Assembly: GCA_964584335.1 (NCBI GenBank)
Contig: CAZOZN010000001.1
Location: 1-52,621 of the forward strand
Reading direction: 5' to 3'
From: an uncultured archaeon
GTDB taxonomy: Archaea; Aenigmatarchaeota; Aenigmatarchaeia; PWEA01; JAGHBM01
DNA: 52,621 nucleotides
The notes under the pieces are model-generated. The model saw nothing but the letters and a program-made list of their open reading frames with translations. It was not told the origin of the DNA and did no database searches. A program made the translations under genes and the position numbers. Positions 8,772 through 18,000 of the stretch are shown piece after piece (position 1 is the first letter of the stretch; every line of letters begins with the position of its first letter).

Positions 8772-10441
8772 TTATATCTCAGCTCGTAAAGCTTGTAACC
8801 TTCTACTGTTTCATACAACAAAGTTAAATTAAATGAATTTTTCATAAATTTACAGGGACTTTCAAAATATTCGTTACAGTATGGGTATTCTATAAAATAA
8901 CTTTTTTCTGTTATGTTCAAAGGATTTTCACCTTCTCCGTATTTATTTTCTAGTTCTTCGAATGTTTCTCCTAGTAGTCTGTATTTTATTCTTTCTGCTT
9001 CGTCCTTTTCGCTTTTATTGTAAAATAGTGTTAGTGTACCAACTATAATCTCTTCTCTGTATTTTTCATTTTTTATTTTTTCTCTAAATACATTTGTCTG
9101 CATTGCTATGTTTTCCAAACTTATTATGTTTTTTAATGTTGAATATTCTATGTCCAATCCCCCATAAACAGGTATAATAATATTTGCTTTGTTATCATTT
9201 TTATTTTCAAAAGACTTTATAAATTTTCCTATTTTTTCCTCATTTTGCCCAATTTCATCATACTTAATTTTTATTGATGGTGTAAAGCTGAAATATGGAA
9301 TTATTAAGACTATTAATAAAATTGTTGTAAATTTAAAAATTATTCCTTCGATTGTTTTGTTTTTTTTAAGGTATTTTATTACATCACGACTGAATAAACC
9401 AGAAAAATACAATAAAATAAAGGTAAATAAATATATCCCATATCTTTCTTTGAAACAATTATTACAGGTTAGATAAGGTACCAGTAGAAGTGTGAAAGAA
9501 ATTAATGGTAATATTTTCTTTTTCTTGTCTTTAATTAAAACAAAACCAACAATTGATAGTATTGTGAAATATATAATTGGTCCTCTTATAAAGAAATAAA
9601 AAAATCCTTTTAAGGCTCTTCCAATTGGATTAAATTCGTTAATAAAAAAGTGAGTTTCAAAATGATAAAGAAAACTGAATATATAGCTAGAACTCAATAG
9701 TAAAGATAAAAATATAGGGATTTTCAATTTTTTAAAAACGTTTTCGATTTTTTTTAAGTTATTTGTTTTATCCCAGTTGTAAATTATTAATCCTATAAAA
9801 AATGCAGGTATTAATAATATTAACTCGAATCTAGCCGTACTGGCTAATATAGAGGATATTAATGCCAGAGAATATGTTTTGTAATTGTTTATTTTGTATG
9901 AAACTAATGAAAATAAAACAAAAAGTAATGAAAAACATTGAAAGATTTGTAACATGAAAACACCACTACCTGCTATATAAAAAGAAAAAAAGATGTATGA
10001 TAAAGTCGTAATTATTGTGTATTTTTTTTCTTCTATAAGCAGATTAGATATTAAGAAAAAGGAAGAAATTGATATTAAAAAACAGGCTATATTAATATAC
10101 AATGATGCTATTTTGTTTATCCCAAATATTAAAAAGAAAATATAACCAAAATAACCAAACAAGTTGTTTGTATAATAAGAAGAGCTCTTCCAAAGATTTC
10201 CTTCCCCAAATATAAATTCTTTTGATATAGTCAAATCTAGCAAGTAAGGTTTTTGATAATTCATTGTATTTAAAAATGAAAAAGAAGAAAAAATCAATAT
10301 AAAAAGCAAAGATATCCATAATTTTTTTTCTATTTTAAAAATACTTTTTATTTGTTTTATGTTTATTAAAATCAAAATTATGAATGAAATAAACAAAAAA
10401 TGCAGTGAGTAAATATAAAGAGTAATTTCTTCCATAAACAT
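8768..10441 (-). CDS. GT-C fold membrane glycosyltransferase-like protein (divergent)
   Basis: Multi-TM, ARFEL motif, ERY motif, C-terminal FIEYPYC..C like its neighbours. Lacks a clear DE motif. Confidence 0.6.
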   Translation of the reverse strand: MFMEEITLYIYSLHFLFISFIILILINIKQIKSIFKIEKKLWISLLFILIFSSFSFLNTMNYQKPYLLDLTISKEFIFGEGNLWKSSSYYTNNLFGYFGYIFFLIFGINKIASLYINIACFLISISSFFLISNLLIEEKKYTIITTLSYIFFSFYIAGSGVFMLQIFQCFSLLFVLFSLVSYKINNYKTYSLALISSILASTARFELILLIPAFFIGLIIYNWDKTNNLKKIENVFKKLKIPIFLSLLLSSSYIFSFLYHFETHFFINEFNPIGRALKGFFYFFIRGPIIYFTILSIVGFVLIKDKKKKILPLISFTLLLVPYLTCNNCFKERYGIYLFTFILLYFSGLFSRDVIKYLKKNKTIEGIIFKFTTILLIVLIIPYFSFTPSIKIKYDEIGQNEEKIGKFIKSFENKNDNKANIIIPVYGGLDIEYSTLKNIISLENIAMQTNVFREKIKNEKYREEIIVGTLTLFYNKSEKDEAERIKYRLLGETFEELENKYGEGENPLNITEKSYFIEYPYCNEYFESPCKFMKNSFNLTLLYETVEGYKLYELRYK

Positions 10442-10473
10442 TTTATTTATCTTATTTACTATAAAGTCTTATT

Positions 10474-12054
10474 ATGAACGTTTTTTATTCTGTAAAATCC
10501 CTAATCCCTTATTATTATATTTTTATACTTCCTTTGATTCTTTTGTTTATTATTTATTTTTTTTACAAAAATATTGATTATTTTAAAGAAATTATTGAAG
10601 ATATGTCCAAAAATGAGAAGATAATACTAATTTTGACATTTATATTGGGATTTTTAATTAGATTTTTATTTCCACATGGTCCTTTTTTGGTTTATGACGA
10701 ATTTTATCATATTTTCTATTCTCAGAATTTCTTAAAAGGTCTATACTATTCTTATCCTTTGGGGGCACATTTCCTGCTTTTTCTTATTTTAAATTTAATT
10801 CCGGGACACGTCACAGCATTTTACTTTTCTACTATAGTAGGCTCTTTATCGATATTATTTGCTTTCTTTTTAGGCAAGATTTTGTTTAACAATAAAGCGG
10901 GTCTGTTTTCTGCAATTTTACTTTCCTTTCTTCCTTATCATATAAAATTATCATCGGCCTTTAACCTAGGTACAATTTCAATGTTTTTTGTTTTAATGTC
11001 CCTTACTGCTTTTTTTCTTTATTTGGACAAAAAAGATAAAAATCTTCTTTATTTGACTTCATTTTTATTGATTTATACAGTTCAAATAAGACCCGAGAAC
11101 GTTATTTTAATACCTTTGTTTTTCATTGGATTTGTTCTTTTCGAAAAAAATTGGAGAAAAGAGCTTAAGAGGCCTTTTTTTGTTAAAATATTGGTAATAT
11201 CTTTTTTTATTTTATTACCACTTTTTATTCATTTAGGTATTGGATTGAATGACAGTAGATGGATAGAAGATGATAGTGTATTTAGCTTAGGTAGCCTTTC
11301 AGAAAATATAATACCAAATTCAATTTTTTGGCTTGACGGCTTTTATTTTCCGGTTTCATTTTCTATAATGTCTGTATTTGGTTTATATTTTATTAGAAAA
11401 AAGAAAAATTACTTTTTCTTTTTTGTTGTTTTTTTCTTTTCTTTCTTTTTGTTTTTGTCGTCTTTTTGGGCAACGAACATTTATAGTTTAACTCAAATGA
11501 GATATTCTGTATTGATGTCAATACCTGTTTTACTGCTTTCTGGTTTTGGTTTTTATGTTTTTTACGATAAAATAATAAGAAAGAAAATTATCTTCATTTT
11601 TGTTATATTATGTATTTTTTTAATAAATTTGGCTTTTCATCCTTATTTGTTTTTGAATACGAGTAATTACTATACAAATTGGATATATAGCTATGAATTG
11701 GTTACTAAGTCAGAAAATACCATAGAAGAAAATTGTACAGTAGTTACGATTTATCCCGATGTAACCGTTATGATAAACGTTGTTACTGGATTAAATACTA
11801 TTTCACCTTTATTTGGTTATGATATAGAGGAAGAAATAAGAAATATGCTAGGAAATAGAGAATGTGTAATTTATTACGAGAACTATTGTTGTTATGACGA
11901 ATATTATGATTACTCATGCGATGAAATCGAGAAAGAGCAATTTAACTATACCTGGTCTTATATATGTAACAGAATGAGACAGAAATACAATTTAAAACCC
12001 ATTCTTAACTTGGAAGATAAATTCGGTTTTTATGAGATTGTTTATGAAAAATAA
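10474..12054 (+). CDS. GT-C fold membrane glycosyltransferase (ArnT/PMT-2-like)
   Basis: GFLIRF..YDEFYH, IRPEN, MRY motifs, multi-TM, C-terminal YYENYCC..IC domain. Confidence 0.78.
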   Translation: MNVFYSVKSLIPYYYIFILPLILLFIIYFFYKNIDYFKEIIEDMSKNEKIILILTFILGFLIRFLFPHGPFLVYDEFYHIFYSQNFLKGLYYSYPLGAHFLLFLILNLIPGHVTAFYFSTIVGSLSILFAFFLGKILFNNKAGLFSAILLSFLPYHIKLSSAFNLGTISMFFVLMSLTAFFLYLDKKDKNLLYLTSFLLIYTVQIRPENVILIPLFFIGFVLFEKNWRKELKRPFFVKILVISFFILLPLFIHLGIGLNDSRWIEDDSVFSLGSLSENIIPNSIFWLDGFYFPVSFSIMSVFGLYFIRKKKNYFFFFVVFFFSFFLFLSSFWATNIYSLTQMRYSVLMSIPVLLLSGFGFYVFYDKIIRKKIIFIFVILCIFLINLAFHPYLFLNTSNYYTNWIYSYELVTKSENTIEENCTVVTIYPDVTVMINVVTGLNTISPLFGYDIEEEIRNMLGNRECVIYYENYCCYDEYYDYSCDEIEKEQFNYTWSYICNRMRQKYNLKPILNLEDKFGFYEIVYEK

Positions 12055-12056
12055 TA

Positions 12057-13358
12057 TTATTTTAATTTTCCTATTAAATAACTATTTTTAGCTTCTATTA
12101 CTTCTGCTTTTATAAAATTTCCTATTATGTCTTTTTTTGTCTCTATCAAAACTGACTTATATGCTTCATTTCTTCCTATATACTGGTTTTTGTCTTTGCC
12201 TTTCTTAGTGACAAGTACCTGACACTCTTTATTGACCCATCTCTTGTTCATTTTTAAAGCAATTTTGTCGCAAATTTTGGTTAATTCCCTGCTTCTGTTT
12301 TTTATTGTCTCACTTGTCAATTGGTCCATTTCTGCTGCCTTTGTATGGGGTCTTATACCAAATTTGCTAATATTAACAAAATCAGGTTCTGTCTCTTTAA
12401 TTATTTTTTTTGTCTCTTTAAAGTCTTTTTCTGTCTCACCTGGAAAACCTACGATGACATCAGTCCAAATCGTAAAAAATGAGTCAAATTCTCTTATTTT
12501 TTTAACTGTTTCTATGAAGTCTTTTGTCACGTAGTATCTGTTCATTTTTTTAAGTATTTTATCTGAGCCGCTCTGTATTGGTATATGCAAAAAATTATAC
12601 ATCTTTTTGTCTCTGTATATGTCAATCAATTCACTTATCATGTTTTTTACATAGTTGAGGTTTGACATACCGAGTCTCACTCTAAAATTTTCGTCTATTT
12701 TTGTCACTTCATTTAATAATTTAGTCAGATTAGTGTCAATATCTATACCGTAACAGCCACAATCCTGCGAGGTAAGCCATATTTCCTTACATCCTTCTTT
12801 TAGTGACATTCTTATGTCTCTTATTATGTCATTTTCTGTGTAAGAAGTTAGATTACCTTTTGCTTTGTTTACTATACAGTATGAACAGTTACCCAAACAG
12901 CCCTGTGAAATCTCTACTATCCCCGTATATTTGTTAATTCTTTTTTTTGTGTGACTTTTTATGACATTATTTCCTTGGAAATACTCTACTTTTCTACCTT
13001 TTTCTGTCTCTGTCACACATTTGTAAACATCTAAACAGTTTCTCGGTCCCAGCAGACTTGAATCAGGTAATGTTTTTTTTGCTAATTTATACTCTCCAGT
13101 TACCATACAACCCGCTATTATAAACCTCTTTTCGGGGTATTTCTTTTTTAACTTATTTATCCTGTTTATTATTTTTTTTTCTGTGGGCTCTTTCACTATG
13201 CAGGTATTTATTATAATTATGTCACTTTTTTCTGGTTTGTCAACAATGAGACAACCACTGTCTCTTAGAATACCTCCCATCAATTCTGAATGTGACTGGT
13301 TTGCGCTGCATCCGTAAGTTTCTATATAAACAGAAATTTTGTCTGTCATTTTTGTCAC
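12057..13358 (-). CDS. mtaB: tRNA t6A37 methylthiotransferase (archaeal MiaB-like/e-MtaB)
   Basis: UPF0004 domain (ETYGCSAN, INTC, IAGC), radical SAM GCLGNCSYC, HIPIQSGS, DVIVGFPGET, C-terminal TRAM domain. Start may be ATG 13349. Confidence 0.88.
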   Translation of the reverse strand: MTKMTDKISVYIETYGCSANQSHSELMGGILRDSGCLIVDKPEKSDIIIINTCIVKEPTEKKIINRINKLKKKYPEKRFIIAGCMVTGEYKLAKKTLPDSSLLGPRNCLDVYKCVTETEKGRKVEYFQGNNVIKSHTKKRINKYTGIVEISQGCLGNCSYCIVNKAKGNLTSYTENDIIRDIRMSLKEGCKEIWLTSQDCGCYGIDIDTNLTKLLNEVTKIDENFRVRLGMSNLNYVKNMISELIDIYRDKKMYNFLHIPIQSGSDKILKKMNRYYVTKDFIETVKKIREFDSFFTIWTDVIVGFPGETEKDFKETKKIIKETEPDFVNISKFGIRPHTKAAEMDQLTSETIKNRSRELTKICDKIALKMNKRWVNKECQVLVTKKGKDKNQYIGRNEAYKSVLIETKKDIIGNFIKAEVIEAKNSYLIGKLK

Positions 13359-13421
13359 CTTAGAGTCTTTGTTAAGTTTATATATTACCTTTTTTATACT
13401 TATAGTGACAGTAAAGAGACG

Positions 13422-14480
13422 GTGGTTTTTTTGGAAGAGTTAAGAGAAGTGGAGTGGTTTAAGGTCTTTGATTGGAGTGACAATCCTTTCAAAATAAGAG
13501 CGGAACATGATAATATAGTTGGTTTTGTTGACATGAGAGCGAAAATGTTGACATACATGAAATCCGAAGACCCCTTTATAGTGACAGGCCCTACTGGCGC
13601 AGGCAAGACAACTCTTCTCAAATGGCTTGAAAGCCATAAAAAGGAGTCACTCTATTTTAATTTTCTTGGTGATATAGATGAGAAAAAATTCAAGAAGAGT
13701 GTTGAGGGGAATTTTTTAGAGAAACTTGTTAGACGATTTTCAGGCTCTAAAAAGATTGTATTAATAGACGAAGTTCAGGAAATGTCACCCAAACTTCTAA
13801 AATGGATTAGGGGCAAATTCGATGAAAATGAGATAAATTCTCTTGTTTTAGCTTCTATACAGGATGATTTGCAGAATCTTGAAGAGCCATTTGTTGACAG
13901 GATAGGAAGCAGAATAGTATCTGTTAGGAATTTAACAGAGGATGAAGCGTTAAAGATGGTCAAGCAGAGGATGTTTAGCAGGGGCAAGACAAACCCCTTC
14001 ACAGAAGACGGCTTGAGAAAGGTTTTTGAATATTCTGGTTTTTCACCCAGAAAAATACTCGAAAATTGTGAGACATGCTGTATAAAAGCAGCCAGAGACG
14101 GTGTTAAGTATCTTAATCATGATTTTGTTGAGGAAACACTTGGCCATATAGAACAAAAAAATATAGTAAAAAGGGTCTCTGATTCTCGAAATGAATCTAT
14201 TGAGACTGAAAGTGACAGTAATGTCTCCATAGAAGACTTGTCACCAAAACAGCAAGAAATAATCAGATTGCTTGAAGAAAATAATTTTACTACGGCTCAG
14301 ATAGCCGGGGAAATAGGAGGTTCAAGAGCAAGCATAGCAAAACAATTATCAAGGTTGTCTTTTAAGACTGACAAAGAGCTTCTAGAAAAAAAGGGTTTTG
14401 ATTTTCCTCTTGTTGAGCAAAAAAACAAGGGAAGACCTGTTGTTTACGGGCTTACCAAAAAAGCAAAAGGTATTTTGTAA
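13422..14480 (+). CDS. AAA+ ATPase (ExeA/GspA-like N-terminus) with C-terminal winged HTH
   Basis: WFKVFDWSDNPF, Walker A GPTGAGKT, Walker B VLIDE, FTEDGL..SGFSPRKI lid, C-terminal LSPKQQEIIRLL..TTAQIAGEIG HTH. Confidence 0.8.
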   Translation: MVFLEELREVEWFKVFDWSDNPFKIRAEHDNIVGFVDMRAKMLTYMKSEDPFIVTGPTGAGKTTLLKWLESHKKESLYFNFLGDIDEKKFKKSVEGNFLEKLVRRFSGSKKIVLIDEVQEMSPKLLKWIRGKFDENEINSLVLASIQDDLQNLEEPFVDRIGSRIVSVRNLTEDEALKMVKQRMFSRGKTNPFTEDGLRKVFEYSGFSPRKILENCETCCIKAARDGVKYLNHDFVEETLGHIEQKNIVKRVSDSRNESIETESDSNVSIEDLSPKQQEIIRLLEENNFTTAQIAGEIGGSRASIAKQLSRLSFKTDKELLEKKGFDFPLVEQKNKGRPVVYGLTKKAKGIL

Positions 14481-14488
14481 AGATTTTT

Positions 14489-14647
14489 ATGAGTGAAAAT
14501 TTTTTTATCGATTTAAAAATGGCTTCTCAGATAAAGAATGAAGTTATGAAAGAAGTTAAGAATGAAATCAAGGAAGAGATAAAAAAGGAAATAAAATATT
14601 TCATAAAAAAAGAAATAAAAGATGAAATTATTAAGGAATTTGAATAA
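14489..14647 (+). CDS. 52-aa small protein with tetrad (I/V)KxE repeats
   Basis: Hand-translated MSENFFIDLKMASQIKNEVMKEVKNEIKEEIKKEIKYFIKKEIKDEIIKEFE*. Starts 8 nt after the ATPase stop. Below the ORF-track length cutoff. Confidence 0.55.
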   Translation: MSENFFIDLKMASQIKNEVMKEVKNEIKEEIKKEIKYFIKKEIKDEIIKEFE

Positions 14648-14669
14648 TTTTTTAATGTTTTTTTTTGGC

Positions 14670-14686
14670 TTGATTTTTAAAATCAA
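14670..14686. promoter_or_regulatory. Perfect 8-1-8 inverted repeat, candidate operator
   Basis: TTGATTTT-T-AAAATCAA in the intergenic region upstream of the HTH gene. A related half-site TTTTAAATCAAAA lies near 14734-14746, next to the TATA box. Confidence 0.35.
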
Positions 14687-14741
14687 AAATAAAGGCTCAA
14701 TATGCTGAGAGTTTCTATTTTTTTAATTTCATGTTTTAAAT

Positions 14742-14758
14742 CAAAAGCTTTTTAAATA
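14742..14758 (+). promoter_or_regulatory. Archaeal BRE/TATA promoter for the HTH-giant protein operon
   Basis: CAAAAGCTT followed by TTTAAATA (14751-14758), about 60 nt upstream of ATG 14816. Confidence 0.5.
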
Positions 14759-14815
14759 GGAAAATCATACAGTTATGTAGTCCGAATGTGGTGGGTGTGG
14801 TTGGGTTGATAGGAA

Positions 14816-15013
14816 ATGAATACAGAGAAAAAAATAGTCAGGATTTTAAAGAAAAATAAACAGGGCCTTAGCATATCAGAGCTGGCAAAGAAGCTTAAGA
14901 TACACAGGCATACTGTTTCTCGTTACATAATGGAATTAAAGGGTAGTGGTGTTGTAAGCGTAAGAAAAGTCGGACCCACCAAATTATGTTATCTGGGGTG
15001 TGATGACAAGTGA
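14816..15013 (+). CDS. Small winged helix-turn-helix transcriptional regulator
   Basis: IVRILKKNKQGLSISELAKKLKIHRHTVSRYIMEL..G.V. Stop overlaps the GTG start of the giant gene (GTGA). Confidence 0.85.
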   Translation: MNTEKKIVRILKKNKQGLSISELAKKLKIHRHTVSRYIMELKGSGVVSVRKVGPTKLCYLGCDDK

Positions 15014-18000
15014 ATACCTCTTTAAACACAAAAATATTTTTTATTTTATTAATTTTCAGTATGGTCTTTTCCTTTAATTCTGTTTATGTTAACGCCGGTC
15101 AATGTAACAACTGCACAACGTTCGACATAAGGTTTACTCTTTATGATTCAAGCGGAAGTCAGGTTACTACTTTCACAAATTCTTCTCTTTTTATAGAGGA
15201 TGATGCTCCATCATGTAGCGACAACTCGCTAGATAATTACACCGGAACTTGGCCAGGAATCTATGATAACAGCAATTACTGCGACATGGAAGGTTGGTGG
15301 AATGTTTCCCTCCGTTCATTGGTAGGTGATTGTGAAAGGAGAGCAAATACAGGAGGTTCAATTATATGTGACAGCTTACCCGCGGATTATGAGTACAGTA
15401 GCCAGTTTCAGGCATACGAAGTTGGATGGGATAATAAAACTGGTTGGTGTACTTGTCACGGAGATAGTTGGTTTACTGGTTACAGTGGTTCAGACCCAGA
15501 GGCTCCATGTTGCGGTGATGATACTGGAGAGAACTGGTGTTTCGGGCAAGGAAACAACACGCATTGCTTAAATGGGGTTACTTATACAGATGGAGCAGAC
15601 GAGGATGAGGAGTCTTGTGAGTGTTGGCTTAATGGTAACATTGCTAACGATTTATGCAGTGCTGCTTCAGAGGGACAATCTTGTTATTCTCGAAGTGCTA
15701 CTATTTCTGATTCCTATGCTCCCTGCTGCGGCGATGATGGCGCTACAGATGATTGGTGTTTTGGGTCAAATGATAATGAATATTGCCTTAATGGGGGTTA
15801 CTATAATAGGAATGTAAATAGTGACGAAAGGTCCTGTCTTTGCTATCTGAACGATGACTTTACTTTAGACAGTGATGATTGTGATTCAAACGGAGAAAGC
15901 GATTGTTGGGACGGAACTGGTTGTTGCGAGGGGGGAACTGATGAATGGTGTGACGGCACAGATGGTGCTTGTGTTCAGGGTACTTGGTGGAACAATGATA
16001 ACAGCAATCAAGAAACATGTAATTGTGTTGACGGAGAGAGTTATTCGAGACAAACCTGCCAGAATCTTGGAAGCGGTACTTCAGACTGCTGGGATTCTGA
16101 AGCCAGTGGAGGTTCTGGTCTTTGTTGCAGACTTTCTAATGATGATTTTTGCGATGGGGGTGGTGATAATTCATACTGTCTTTCTGGAACTTGGTACGAC
16201 TTGCAGCCCGACAGTGACGAGTCAGCATGTCTTTGTTCTTTGAATAATAATTATGGTTCTAGTGATGATTGTGATTCTGACGGTGAGGAGTGCTGGGACT
16301 CTAGCGCTGACAGTGGTAACGGGGAATGCTGCGGCGATGGTACTAGTGATAATTGGTGTTCCGGTAGTGGTTATCAGGGCTGCCTGAACGGTGTTTTCAG
16401 AACGGACGGTGATTATGATAGTAATATATGCGATTGCGGTGGCTCTGGTAGCGGTCCCTGTGATGTTGCTAATGAGGATGGTTGTTGGAACAGTGGTGGA
16501 ACTGGTCAGAACAAATGTTGTGGTGATGATGCAGGTTCTGATAATTTTTGTGTTGGTTCCGGAGCATGTCATTCTGGAGTTTATAGAACAGAAGCCGATG
16601 ATTATTCGACTGTTTGCAACTGTACTGTTGGTCAGGACTTGTGGAACAATACAAGCAACCCTCCTGAATATGAGTCTGGAACGCCTTCGTGCTGCGGGGA
16701 CGATCCTAGCGAGAACAAAATAGAACAGACTTGCGGAGGAGATGATTGTTCTACATGGCCTTCTTACTGGGCTTGTTGTAGTGACGCAAATGATTGTTCT
16801 TACAGGAATCAAACCACCACTGAAGTACAGTGTTTTGACTATGATACTTTTCATGACCCTGATGAAGACGGTGAAAATGAAATTTGCATTAACGGGGCCT
16901 GGGAGGATGGAGATTATCCAAAGTACTCATCGGTTGAAGAGACACCTTCGGGACCAATCACATATTCCTATTTGGATAGTTATCAGTTCAACATAACATG
17001 GAACGACACCACAAACGTTGACACAGTATTTTTGGAGCACAACTTTACCGGTTCCTCAACTCCTCATAACGATGAACCACCTTATGTTGTCGTTGATGCT
17101 TCGGGCCACCAAAAAGAATATTACTTTGATGTCTCTGGACTGGCCGCTGGAAACTATGTCTACAGGTGGATTGCAAATGATACTCTTGATAACTGGAACA
17201 ATTCCTTTTCACAGGTTGTTTACACCGTCAGCAAGGACACACCGAGCATTAACTTGTATATAGACGGTGTGTCCAGCAACAAGGTGATAAACTGGACCGT
17301 TACATCCGGCATAAAGGCTAACGAAACTAACTGGATTGATACGGACCTGACTTACAACCTTTACAGGAATAACGGTTTGGTGGATTCCAATTCCGCTGAT
17401 TCAGAATACACAGAGATAACAGATTCAACGCAGCTTTCAAATGATACTTATGTTTTTGTTTACAATACATCCGGAGGAGAAAACTGGACTTCCCAAACCA
17501 CTTCGCTGACTTTGAAAGTGCACAAGCTCTGGAACCAGACAGATTCGGTTTTGGCCGGCTCATTATACAAACCGGACTTGGACGAACTTGAGTCTCCTAT
17601 AGCAAAGGATGTTAAGACAAGAATACAGGATGATTCTTTTGTTACTGTGGCGGGAGGTTCGGCATATTCTGTAATACCAATAGAAATTACAAACAATGCG
17701 ACCGATATTGGTAGCATAATTCCCACAACATTTACAAACATAGACGTTTCCATTCCAACTCCCTCGGGTTGGACCGGTGACAGGACAAACTGGGTTGTTG
17801 GTTCTCTTGCAGATACGGAAGCAAACGAGACTAACGCGACCTTCCACAACGACACAGGAATTATAACGAAATCAGAAGATAGCTGGATTGCGGATAACTC
17901 AACCGAACAAAACATCACCTATCAAAAGATTTTGAAGAGGCTTTATGGTGACAATAATGACAATGTTGTAAGTTATGATAATGTGAACTACACCACGACA

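Noticed and set aside
14528-14644. CRISPR array or DNA tandem repeat
   Set aside because: Degenerate 12-nt coding periodicity without identical repeats or spacers. No cas genes in the window.
14788-14805. G-quadruplex in the HTH leader (GTGGTGGGTGTGGTTGGG)
   Set aside because: Only a two-tier arrangement is possible, and it could simply be RBS-like sequence; insufficient support.
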